From: Acidobacteriota bacterium
GTDB taxonomy: Bacteria; Acidobacteriota; UBA890; WLXD01
Length of the DNA stretch: 64,000 bases
Assembly: GCA_965248695.1 (NCBI GenBank)
Contig: CBDFKD010000002.1
Coordinates: forward strand, 4,256,001 to 4,320,000
Direction: 5' to 3'
Shown piece by piece: positions 1 through 9,008 of the stretch. A program made the translations under genes and the position numbers. Below the pieces are notes generated by a model. The model saw only the letters and a program-made list of their open reading frames with translations. It was not told where the DNA came from and searched no databases. Every line of letters starts with the position of its first letter. The stretch's first letter is position 1.

Positions 1-24
1 CACCCGACTCCAGGCATCTTGCAC
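1..24 (-). CDS. 5' end of a gene running off the window (product unknown)
   Basis: Strong Shine-Dalgarno AGGAGGT on the minus strand at 30-36. Candidate starts are GTG at 24 (MQDAWSRV...) or ATG at 17. Too short to identify. Confidence 0.35.
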
Positions 25-177
25 AGTCCACCTCCTCGCGGCGCGGTGAGAAAGGGGACTGATGCGGCCCACCCCGCCCCCTAATCCGCAGTCGGGCGCA
101 ATTGTAGCAGCGGCAACATAGAACGACAGAGGCGCGCGCCTATTGCACGGTGCAGGCTGTGTGGCTAGCGCACGGCC

Positions 178-1080
178 TTACCCCGAGCGCGGAAACAGCA
201 GCTCCGGGACGTCGTGCAGAACGAGCTTGTAGAGCGCCGCGTCGAGGCCCAGATCGAGGAACTGCGCCAGGTTGTCGCCGAGGCTCGGCACCCCCGGTCC
301 CGGCCAGTCGGTACCCCACAGGCATTTGTGCGCGATCCGATCGAGACCTGGCAGGTAGTGTGACAGGCGGCGTGGCGGGATGCCGGACAGATCGAGGTAC
401 AGGTTCGGGTGACGTCGCGCCACGAAGACGGCCTGCTCGCACCAGAACGGCCGTCCGGCATGGGCGAGCACGAGCACCAGCTGCGGGAAATCGATGGCGA
501 CGTCGTCACATTCGAGCGGGTCGCCGAAACGGCTGCGGGCACCGGCGAAGATCGAGGTGCCGGTGTGTACCATCACCGGCAGCCCGCGGGCGGCGCAACG
601 CTCGTAGATGCCCGCCAGCGCCGGCAGGTGCTCGTCGCCGGCGCCTCGCCGGTAGGAGTTGGCGCGAAACTCCTGGTGCGGCGGGTGGATCTTCAGGCCA
701 CGAATGCCGAGATCCAGCAGCTCGTCGACGGCGACGGCCGGATCGGCGGCAACGCTCGGGTCACGTGGGTCGAGGCCGCCAAAGGCCAGCAGACGCTCGG
801 GTGCCTCCGCGCCGACACCTGCCACCCACGGATTGACGTCGTGGGTGAAGCCCATCAGCTCGGTCGCCACATAGTTGATCATGCCGATGCGATCGACGCC
901 GGCCTCGTCCATGCAGGCCAACACGGCGCTGCTATCGAGCATCATCGCGGCCACTTGCTCGTAGTCGTCCCGACCCCGAGCCATCAGATCGCGGGTCTGC
1001 GGTAGCAGCTGCGCCCACGGTTGAATGTGGACGTGGATGTCGGTGATCGGGTAGTCGAGGTCGGCCGGCCGTGGGCTCAT
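178..1080 (-). CDS. Amidohydrolase family protein (Amidohydro_2)
   Basis: DIHVH metal motif, GLKIHP, MVHTG, LAHAG, WGTDWP. Start trimmed to ATG at 1080. Confidence 0.85.
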   Translation of the reverse strand: MSPRPADLDYPITDIHVHIQPWAQLLPQTRDLMARGRDDYEQVAAMMLDSSAVLACMDEAGVDRIGMINYVATELMGFTHDVNPWVAGVGAEAPERLLAFGGLDPRDPSVAADPAVAVDELLDLGIRGLKIHPPHQEFRANSYRRGAGDEHLPALAGIYERCAARGLPVMVHTGTSIFAGARSRFGDPLECDDVAIDFPQLVLVLAHAGRPFWCEQAVFVARRHPNLYLDLSGIPPRRLSHYLPGLDRIAHKCLWGTDWPGPGVPSLGDNLAQFLDLGLDAALYKLVLHDVPELLFPRSG

Positions 1081-1282
1081 GGGCGCTCGGTGCGGCCGTA
1101 TCGTTGGCGAGCGCCAGCGACGATACCCTGGTGCATAATCTGGCTCCCGGCGCGTAGACAGGCCGAGCTTGTCGAGCCTGACGCGCGAAGTGGACGTTGT
1201 CTGATGCGTCTGGTTACGATGCCCGGGGCGCAGTTGCAAGCAAGGTGACGCCGGCACTGCCGGCTTGGACCGGCGGACGAGC

Positions 1283-3382
1283 GTGTCGACGAACCCCTAT
1301 CTCGAACCGGCGCCGGCCGACTTTGGTCGCCTCGAAGATCTCGATCACGCCGCGGCCGAGCGCCAGGCGGCGCTGCTGGCCGAAGCGATTCGCGCTCACG
1401 ACCATCAGTACTACGTGCTCGACGCGGCGACGATCTCCGACTCGCGCTACGACACCATGTTCGCCCGGTTGCTGGCGATCGAAGAGGCGTTTCCGGACTT
1501 GCGGTCGCCCGACTCGCCGTCGGGGCGCGTCGCGGGAGGCGTGCTGGAATCGCTTGCCGAGCTTGCCCACCTGGCGCCGATGCTGTCGCTGGACTCCAGT
1601 GCCGACGAGGACAAGGTGCGCGAGTTCGACCAACGCGTCGCCCGCAATCTCGATCTGGAGCGGGTCGCCTACGTCGCCGAGCCGAAGTTCGATGGCATTT
1701 CGATAGAGATCGTGTTCCGCGACGGGGTCTACGATCGCGCCGCCACCCGCGGCGACGGCGTTCGCGGAGAGGACGTGACCGAGAACGTTCGCACGATCCG
1801 CAGCCTGCCACTGCGGCTGCGCGACGATGACGGGCCGGTTCCGGAGCTGCTGTCGCTGCGTGGCGAGGTGTTGATGCCGCTGGCCGGGTTCCATGCGATG
1901 AATCGCGCCCGCATCGAGCGTGAGCAGGACCCGTTCGCCAACCCGCGCAACGCGGCCGCTGGCGCCATCCGGCAGCTGGAGACTGCCGCCGCCGCGTCGC
2001 GACCGCTGGACGTGTTCTTCTACGACGTGCTGGCAATCGAGGGGACGTCGTTGCCGACAACACACTGGGAGACGCTAGCGTGGATGCGTCGGCTGGGGCT
2101 CAAGGTCAGCCGCCGGGCGCGGCGGTGCGCCGACATCGCGGAGGCGATCGCGGTTCACGATGAGCTCGAGGCAACGCGCGACGAGCTGCCCTATGAGATC
2201 GACGGCGTCGTGATCAAGGTGGATCGCCGTGACCATCAGCAGGAGCTCGGTGCCAGGTCTCGCACGCCACGCTGGGCGTTCGCCCACAAGTTCGTGCCGC
2301 ACGAGGAGGTCACACGAGTCGAGGACATCGCGCTGCAGGTAGGTCGCACCGGGATCATTGCGCCGGTGGCGCTGCTGGCGCCGGTCGAGGTCGGCGGCGT
2401 GACGATCTCGCGCGCCTCGCTGCACAACTACGATCAGGTGCGCGCCAAGGACGTCCGCGTCGGCGACAGCGTGCGCGTACACCGCGCCGGGGACGTGATC
2501 CCATATGTCGTCGAGCGCGTCGATGATCGCAGCGACGACGAGCGTGCGGCACCGTTCGATATGCCTGGGGCGTGCCCGGTTTGTGGATCCCGCGTCGAGC
2601 GCGATGGCGCTTATTTCGTCTGTACGGGCGGCAGCACCTGCGCCGCTCAGCTCAATGGAGCGATCGAGCACTGGGCCAGCCGTCACGCCCTCGACATCGA
2701 GGGTCTGGGGTCGAAGACGGTGCGACAGCTGACCGACGCTGATCTGGTGAGCGGCTCGGTGGCGGATCTCTATCGGCTGACCACCGACCAGCTCTTGCCG
2801 CTGGAGCTGTTTGGCGAGCTCAAGGCCGACAACCTGATTGCTGCCATCGACGCCAGCCGTGATACGACGCTGTCGCGCTTTGTTTACGCGCTCGGGATCC
2901 GGCACGTCGGAGAGCATGTGGCCGAGGTGCTGGCGCGCGAATTCGGCGACCTCATGGCGCTCGTGGAGGCCGACCAGGAGCGCCTGTTACGGGTGCATGA
3001 GGTCGGTCCCCAGGTGGCCCACAACGTGCGCGAGTTCTTCGACGAGCCACGCAACCGGCGGGTGATCGAGGAGCTACTCGAGCTCGGTGTTCTGCCGGTG
3101 GCGGAGGAACGCGGCGAAGCCGTCTTCGAAGGCGAGAAGTTCGTTCTGACGGGCACCTTGACGACCATCAGCAGAGCCGATGCGACGGCCCTGCTCGAGC
3201 GATCCGGCGCCCGGGTCACTTCGTCGGTAAGCTCCAAGACAGACTATGTAGTGGTGGGCGACAATCCCGGCTCCAAGGCCGACAAGGCAGCGACGCTGGG
3301 TGTGACGATTCTCGAGGAACAGGAGCTGTTGAAGATGCTGCGTGCACGCGACGTCATCGCGGGGGAAACAGACGATGGGTAA
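1283..3382 (+). CDS. ligA: NAD-dependent DNA ligase
   Basis: EPKFDG adenylation motif, NPRNAAAG, EIDGVVIK, CPVC zinc finger, C-terminal BRCT. Start is GTG 1283 or TTG 1265. Confidence 0.97.
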   Translation: MSTNPYLEPAPADFGRLEDLDHAAAERQAALLAEAIRAHDHQYYVLDAATISDSRYDTMFARLLAIEEAFPDLRSPDSPSGRVAGGVLESLAELAHLAPMLSLDSSADEDKVREFDQRVARNLDLERVAYVAEPKFDGISIEIVFRDGVYDRAATRGDGVRGEDVTENVRTIRSLPLRLRDDDGPVPELLSLRGEVLMPLAGFHAMNRARIEREQDPFANPRNAAAGAIRQLETAAAASRPLDVFFYDVLAIEGTSLPTTHWETLAWMRRLGLKVSRRARRCADIAEAIAVHDELEATRDELPYEIDGVVIKVDRRDHQQELGARSRTPRWAFAHKFVPHEEVTRVEDIALQVGRTGIIAPVALLAPVEVGGVTISRASLHNYDQVRAKDVRVGDSVRVHRAGDVIPYVVERVDDRSDDERAAPFDMPGACPVCGSRVERDGAYFVCTGGSTCAAQLNGAIEHWASRHALDIEGLGSKTVRQLTDADLVSGSVADLYRLTTDQLLPLELFGELKADNLIAAIDASRDTTLSRFVYALGIRHVGEHVAEVLAREFGDLMALVEADQERLLRVHEVGPQVAHNVREFFDEPRNRRVIEELLELGVLPVAEERGEAVFEGEKFVLTGTLTTISRADATALLERSGARVTSSVSSKTDYVVVGDNPGSKADKAATLGVTILEEQELLKMLRARDVIAGETDDG

Positions 3383-3695
3383 GTTGCCGGGGTTTTACAC
3401 ACGATTCATCGAGCAATATCCAGACGTCGGGCGCTCGTACAAGGCGCTGGGGGCGGCCTGCATGGATGCGGGGCCGCTCGACGCCAAGACCGCCGAGCTC
3501 GTGAAGCTGGGCATCTCGATCGGTGCCGGCCTGTCCGGGGCGACGCACTCGCACACCCGCAAGGCGCTCGCGGCAGGGGCGACCGATGACGAGCTCGTGC
3601 ACGCGGTGCTCATGGCAACGACGACGCTGGGGTTTCCGAGCATGATGCGGGGCCTCGCGTGGGTCCGTGATGTGCTCGACGGCGATCGCGCGTGA
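3375..3695 (+). CDS. Carboxymuconolactone decarboxylase (CMD/AhpD-like) family protein
   Basis: GPLDAKTAELVKLGISIG...HSHTRKALAAGAT pattern; ATG overlaps the ligA end. Confidence 0.85.
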   Translation: MGKLPGFYTRFIEQYPDVGRSYKALGAACMDAGPLDAKTAELVKLGISIGAGLSGATHSHTRKALAAGATDDELVHAVLMATTTLGFPSMMRGLAWVRDVLDGDRA

Positions 3696-4030
3696 CGCTC
3701 GAGGTCGGTGTCTACGAGGTTGACGGCGGCGAGACCTACCAGCTGCGGCTCGTGCAGGCGCTCGATAGCGATCCGATGGTGGAGCCGGCGTACTATCTGT
3801 TCAGTGTCGAGAGCGCTGTCACCGGCTTTGAGGTCGACGTTTGCGTGGCGCCGATCTGCTACCACCTCGCGTCATATGAGCAGCGTTCGGACATGGTGCA
3901 GGTAGCACGCGATCTGGTCTGCCAGCTGCTGGAAACGGGTGTGGACGCTCCATGCTCGGTTCGTGTCGGCAGCGATGGCGCCGCGAGCGTCGATGGAGAG
4001 GCGTTCGGTCGCGTGTTTCCGCTGCGCTAA
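3692..4030 (+). CDS. Hypothetical protein
   Basis: GTGA overlap with the upstream gene, protein-like composition, fills the operon gap. Confidence 0.6.
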   Translation: MTLEVGVYEVDGGETYQLRLVQALDSDPMVEPAYYLFSVESAVTGFEVDVCVAPICYHLASYEQRSDMVQVARDLVCQLLETGVDAPCSVRVGSDGAASVDGEAFGRVFPLR

Positions 4031-4043
4031 ACGGAGGATCGCG

Positions 4044-4766
4044 GTGGGCACGCTTCGTGAGCAGGTGCTGGTGACCTGTGAGCACGCCTCGAAACGTCTG
4101 CCCCCAGGATACGAGCTCGACCGGCGAGTCTGTGATCTGCACATTGCATGGGATCCGGGTGCACAGACCATCGCCGAACGTATCGCCGAGCGTCTGCGGG
4201 CGCCTCTGTGGTGCGGCGAGTTCTCACGCCTGATCGTCGACCTGAACCGCTCGATCGACAACCGGATGCTCATCCGACGGGTCTCCGACGGCCATCGGGT
4301 GCCCTTCAACTATGGCCTCAGCGCCGCCGACCGTGAAGCTCGGATCGAGCGGTACTATCGACCCTACCGGGACGGAGTTGCGGCTGCCGCCGAGCAGATC
4401 ATCATCCGGCACGGGCGCTGTGTGCAGGTGTGCGTCCACACCTTCACGCCGTCGCTGGCAGGCAAGGCGCGCGGCAATGATATCGGGTTGTTGCACGATC
4501 CTGACTGGGGCATCGAGCGTCCGGTGTGTGACGAGATCAAGTCGAGATTCGAGCGTCTGACGGACCTCGTCGTCTGGCACAACCGTCCCTACAGCGGGAC
4601 CGCCGACGGGATCTTGCCGGCGATGCGGCGAGCGAGCTCGCCGGAGCGTTTCGTCGGTATCGAGCTCGAGATCAACCAGAAGCATGCCGACAACCCGGTG
4701 CTCCTGTGTCGAATCGCCGATCTCGTGGTCGACACGTTGGAGGACTCGGCGGCCCTCGGAGTTTGA
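4044..4766 (+). CDS. N-formylglutamate amidohydrolase family protein
   Basis: VTCEHAS, HIAWDPGA, SRLIVDLNR, YYRPY, VHTFTP, IELEINQ. Confidence 0.88.
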   Translation: MGTLREQVLVTCEHASKRLPPGYELDRRVCDLHIAWDPGAQTIAERIAERLRAPLWCGEFSRLIVDLNRSIDNRMLIRRVSDGHRVPFNYGLSAADREARIERYYRPYRDGVAAAAEQIIIRHGRCVQVCVHTFTPSLAGKARGNDIGLLHDPDWGIERPVCDEIKSRFERLTDLVVWHNRPYSGTADGILPAMRRASSPERFVGIELEINQKHADNPVLLCRIADLVVDTLEDSAALGV

Positions 4767-4782
4767 CTGCTAAGATCACCGC

Positions 4783-5358
4783 ATGGTCGAACTGGCATGG
4801 CAGCTGATGATGGGCGTTGGCCTGGCGGCCTCCGCCGGCCTTCGTGCCTTCCTGCCGTTGCTGGTCGTGGGGCTGGCGGGTCGCCTCGAAGTGGTCCCAC
4901 TCAGCGCCCGCTTCGAATGGATGGCGTCGACCGCCGCGCTGACCGTGTTTGCGCTCGCCGTGATTGCCGAGGTTCTGGGTGACAAGCTCCCCGCGGTTGA
5001 TCATCTGCTCGACGTGGCCGGTACCTTCGCCCGCCCAGTTGCCGGCGCCATCGCCGCCGCGTCATCCCTGACCGCGCTCGATCCGCTTACCGGACTGGTC
5101 ATCGGCGTGATCCTCGGCGGCTCGGTGGCCGGAGGAGTACACGCCGCCAAGGCGGGAGCGCGACTGGTCTCCAGTGGCTCCACAGCCGGGATCGGCAACC
5201 CGGTGCTCAGCGTCGCCGAGGACGTCGTCAGCCTGGGGGGCTCGGTGCTGTCGATCTTCATACCGGTGCTGACCTTCACGGTCGCGATCGGCCTGCTGTA
5301 CTTGCTCTATCGTGCCTTCGGCGGCTCGCGCACCTCGAAGATCGGCGCCGCCACCTAG
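4783..5358 (+). CDS. DUF4126 family membrane protein
   Basis: GLAASAGLRAFLPL, EVLGDKLPAVDHLLD, GNPVLSVAED. Confidence 0.85.
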   Translation: MVELAWQLMMGVGLAASAGLRAFLPLLVVGLAGRLEVVPLSARFEWMASTAALTVFALAVIAEVLGDKLPAVDHLLDVAGTFARPVAGAIAAASSLTALDPLTGLVIGVILGGSVAGGVHAAKAGARLVSSGSTAGIGNPVLSVAEDVVSLGGSVLSIFIPVLTFTVAIGLLYLLYRAFGGSRTSKIGAAT

Positions 5359-6746
5359 CCGAGGCGTAGCACCTTCCCGGGGTTCATGAGGTTGAGCGGG
5401 TCGAGGGCGCGCTTGATGGCCCGCATCGCGTCGACGGCGGGTCCGTGCTCGCGCTCGACCAGGTCGATCTTGCCGGTGCCGACGCCGTGTTCGCCGGTGC
5501 AGGTGCCACCCATGTCGATGGCGCGCTCCGCGAGCCGGGTAACGAACGCCTTCGCTGCCGCGACGTCGGCTTCGTCGTGCGGATCACACATGACCTGGCA
5601 GTGAAAGTTGCCGTCGCCGATGTGCCCCACCAGTGGGACGAAAAGCTCGTTCTGCTCGATGTCGGAAAGGGTTTGCTCGATGCACTCGTTGAGTCGGGAA
5701 AGGGGCACGCAGGCGTCGGTGATCATGCTGCTCTTGCCTGGCGAGAGCGCAATGCCGGCGTAGTAGGCGTCGTGGCGCGCCTTCCACAGACGGTTGCGAT
5801 CCTCGGTTTGAGTCGCGCGGCGTATCTCGGACCCGCCGTTACGGGCGCAGATCTCGCTCACCAGGCGGTCCTGCTCTGCTATCGACTCCGGCGTGCCGTG
5901 GAACTCGAAGAACAGGGTCGGCTTGTGGTCGTATTCGTCGAGACCGGAGTGCAGCGCGAAGCCCTTCATGGCGACCTCGTCGACAAGCTCGCTGCGGGCC
6001 AGGTCGACGCCGATTTGGATTGCCTCGATCACCGTGTCCACGGCATCGCTGATGCGATCGAACTGGCAAACTGCGGCGGCGATGGCTTCCGGGATGCCGC
6101 GCAGGCGCAGCTGTACCTCGGTGATGATTCCGAGCGTACCCTCGGAGCCGATCATCAGGCGTGTGAGGTCGTAACCGGCTGAGGATTTCCGCGCCCGCCC
6201 GCCGGTGCGTACGACGGTACCGTCGGCGAGCACGACGGTGAGCCCGAGGACATTCTCGCGCATCGCACCGTACCGAACAGTGGTGGTTCCGGAGGCGCCG
6301 GTGGCGGTCATGCCGCCGAGCGTCGCATCGGCGCCCGGGTCCACCGGGAAGAACACGCCCATCGGCCGCACATGAGCATCGAGCTGTTCGCGGGTCACCC
6401 CCGCTTGAACGCGGCAATCGAGCGCTTGCTGGCTCACATGCAGGATCCGGTTCATGCGCGTCGTGTCGACGGACACGCCTCGCTCCGAGGGCACCACGTG
6501 GCCTTCCAGCGAGCTGCCGGCTCCGAACGGCACGATCGGAGTGCGATGCCGAGCGCAGATGGCGACGATGGCCGCCACCTCCTCGGTACTCTCCGGGAAG
6601 CACACGCCGGCGGGAAGCACCGGCCGGTCCCAACCTTCACCGTGTGAGTGGTGGCTGCGGACGGACTCGGCGGTGGTGAAGCGGTCGCCGAGGCTCGTGC
6701 TCAACTCGTTGGCGACGGCGTCGTCCATCGTCGGGGGCTGCTCCAT
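5355..6746 (-). CDS. FAD-linked oxidase, D-lactate dehydrogenase/GlcD family
   Basis: PFGAGSSLEGH, DPGADATLGGM, KSSAGYDL, GHIGDGNFH, GEHGVG. Confidence 0.9.
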   Translation of the reverse strand: MEQPPTMDDAVANELSTSLGDRFTTAESVRSHHSHGEGWDRPVLPAGVCFPESTEEVAAIVAICARHRTPIVPFGAGSSLEGHVVPSERGVSVDTTRMNRILHVSQQALDCRVQAGVTREQLDAHVRPMGVFFPVDPGADATLGGMTATGASGTTTVRYGAMRENVLGLTVVLADGTVVRTGGRARKSSAGYDLTRLMIGSEGTLGIITEVQLRLRGIPEAIAAAVCQFDRISDAVDTVIEAIQIGVDLARSELVDEVAMKGFALHSGLDEYDHKPTLFFEFHGTPESIAEQDRLVSEICARNGGSEIRRATQTEDRNRLWKARHDAYYAGIALSPGKSSMITDACVPLSRLNECIEQTLSDIEQNELFVPLVGHIGDGNFHCQVMCDPHDEADVAAAKAFVTRLAERAIDMGGTCTGEHGVGTGKIDLVEREHGPAVDAMRAIKRALDPLNLMNPGKVLRLG

Positions 6747-6765
6747 GACCGGCCGATGCGGGCCG

Positions 6766-8205
6766 CTAGCGTCGCCGCCGCGGCGGGGTGAGGTCTGGCG
6801 CGGTGCCGGGGAAGGCCACCACGCTCTCGTTGCCATCGCGGCCCACCGCGGCAACGCCGAACAGAAAATTGTCGATCACCAGTCCGTCGAGAGTGAACTC
6901 GCGACAGCTGTCGCCCACGGGCGAGTCGAAGCCGCAGGTGTTGCCTGCCCCGACCCAGCGCGACTTCTGCCATTGTGGCGCCGTGGTCTCGCGCCAGTAC
7001 ACCTTGTAGCCGGCCACCAGCGGCGAGTCGACGCGCAGCCAGCGCAACGTCGCGGCCGGACGTACGGCGCCGGCGATCGCGACCTCGGCCGGTTGCGGCG
7101 GCGCCCAGGCCAGCGCCGCCAGCGCGGCCACGTTCACCGCCGTGAGCTTGCGGGCGTAGTCGAAGTTCACGCCCTCGATGACGTCGCCGTAGTGGATACC
7201 GTCCTCGATGCGCAGGTCCTGGTGCTGGCGCGTGTAGTTCTCGTGCGTCTCCATGATGCGCACGCCGGCGAATCCCGCGTCGTTGAACGGACGATGATGG
7301 CCGCCGCGTCCGAACCGGTCGAGCCGATAGATCATGATTGCGCGGAGGTTGGTCATGTACAGGTCGGTGATGCGCGCAACATGACGGGCGAGCTGTCGCG
7401 AAACACCGTCGATCTCGCCGCCGGTCGTACGGCGACGCCGGCGAGCCTCCTCCGACTCGGTAACCGGCGTTGGCTCGGAGAACACCCGGAACGTGTCGTT
7501 GGAGACGACCCCGTCGACGCCCTCGATGTTGCCGATCATGTCGTTGTTGAGGATCCCGGCGATGTCCCAGCCCTCGTCACGGGCCACGGCGGCCATGTGG
7601 CGTCCTCCGAACAGCCCCTGTTCCTCTCCCGACAGCCCCACCAGGATGATGCTCGAGCCGTACCGATGCCGCGACAGCACTCGCGCCGCCTCCATCGTGC
7701 CGGCCATTCCGGAGGCGTTGTCGTTGGCGCCGGGCGAGTCGCTGGTGGCGTCGAGGCCGTCGGACACACGCGAGTCGATATCGCCGCTCATGATCACGTA
7801 GCGATTCGGGTGCTCCGTGCCGCGCAGGACTCCCAGCACGTTGACGATCTCGACGTCGTCGCGAATGCGTGCGTCCGGGTCGCCCTTCTGTACGTAGCGC
7901 TGAAAGCTCACTTCCAGGCACCCGTTGCACTGCTCGGAGATGTTGTCGAGCTCCGCTTTGATCCAGCGTCGTGCCGCTCCGATGCCGCGTGTCGACGACT
8001 CTGTCTCCGACAGCGTGTGGCGAGTGCCGAAGCCGACCAGCCGCCTGATATCGGTCTCGATACGGTCCGCCGAGACCCCGTCAACGAGCTCGTAGATGCG
8101 CGGATCGACCGCCGGCGGCGGCGAGTCGACTCCCTGGGAACGTGCTCCCGCGGGGATGAGCAGGCCAGCAACGAGCACGAGGGAAAGCAGCGGCGTACGA
8201 CGCAT
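6766..8205 (-). CDS. Secreted M28-family aminopeptidase
   Basis: Signal peptide; FGTRHT, PGANDNASG, GEEQGLFG, NNDMIG, GRGGHH. Confidence 0.88.
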   Translation of the reverse strand: MRRTPLLSLVLVAGLLIPAGARSQGVDSPPPAVDPRIYELVDGVSADRIETDIRRLVGFGTRHTLSETESSTRGIGAARRWIKAELDNISEQCNGCLEVSFQRYVQKGDPDARIRDDVEIVNVLGVLRGTEHPNRYVIMSGDIDSRVSDGLDATSDSPGANDNASGMAGTMEAARVLSRHRYGSSIILVGLSGEEQGLFGGRHMAAVARDEGWDIAGILNNDMIGNIEGVDGVVSNDTFRVFSEPTPVTESEEARRRRRTTGGEIDGVSRQLARHVARITDLYMTNLRAIMIYRLDRFGRGGHHRPFNDAGFAGVRIMETHENYTRQHQDLRIEDGIHYGDVIEGVNFDYARKLTAVNVAALAALAWAPPQPAEVAIAGAVRPAATLRWLRVDSPLVAGYKVYWRETTAPQWQKSRWVGAGNTCGFDSPVGDSCREFTLDGLVIDNFLFGVAAVGRDGNESVVAFPGTAPDLTPPRRRR

Positions 8206-8340
8206 CGAGTCCTCTGTCGGTTGCGGAGCGCGGCGAGCCTGCCGGCTACTTTAGCTGATGGGCATGACAGGTGGGGTTGGATCCGAGACAATGATCCTTG
8301 TTGGGGGGCTCAGGTCACGAGTGACTAAGTTTGGGGGTGG

Positions 8341-8955
8341 GTGATGGGCTCTGCGCGCGCAACAAACGTCCTGGCCGTGTTGACGACGACGGTGTTGCTG
8401 GCGGCCCTTGCGGCCCCCGCCACGGCGAATGCCCAAGAGGTGGCGTTGACGGTGGGTCGCGTCGTCGGCGACGACGTGCTCGATGCGGTCGGTGACGTCG
8501 CCGGTCTGGGCTTCGGCGATGCCGGGATTTACGGAATCCGCGTCGGAATTGGAGCGATCCTCCTACAGGCCGAGGGGGCGATTCTCCGGAGCCCTATCGA
8601 CCTTTTCGTCGACACCCCCGGGCTGATTGGTTCCAGCATCACCTACGCTGAGATCGGTCTGGTCGTGAAGGTGGTGCCCGGCCCGATTGGCCCCTTCCTG
8701 GCGGGCGGCATCGGTCATCACCGCATTTCGTTTGACCTCGTGGATGCCGATACCTACACCACGATCGGCTACAACGTCGGCGTTGGGGTGAAGTTCGGGC
8801 TTGGGTCGGTCGGGCTACGAATGGACGTGCGCGACCACATCACGCCGCTCAAGATCGACAGCCTGGATCCGGACGTGCTGCCGTTGATCGGGTTGACGGA
8901 AGACAAGACGGTGCACAACTTCGAGATGTCGGTGGGGCTGGTGCTGAGCTTCTGA
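8341..8955 (+). CDS. Outer-membrane beta-barrel protein
   Basis: Signal peptide (ANA-QE), alternating beta-strand pattern, terminal Phe (GLVLSF). Confidence 0.75.
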   Translation: MMGSARATNVLAVLTTTVLLAALAAPATANAQEVALTVGRVVGDDVLDAVGDVAGLGFGDAGIYGIRVGIGAILLQAEGAILRSPIDLFVDTPGLIGSSITYAEIGLVVKVVPGPIGPFLAGGIGHHRISFDLVDADTYTTIGYNVGVGVKFGLGSVGLRMDVRDHITPLKIDSLDPDVLPLIGLTEDKTVHNFEMSVGLVLSF

Positions 8956-9008
8956 ATAGCACTATATTCGGCAGTTCCGATCGACACCCTTGTGAGGACG
9001 GACTGCCC

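Noticed and set aside
1-177. dnaA start and replication origin (MQDAWSRV resembles some DnaA N-termini)
   Set aside because: Only eight codons are visible and there is no convincing cluster of TTATCCACA boxes.
6454-8328. Long antisense ORFs (this 624-aa one and similar, e.g. 33960-35273, 39499-40800, 40841-42283)
   Set aside because: Shadow or alternate frames of well-supported genes, expected at high GC; no motifs.
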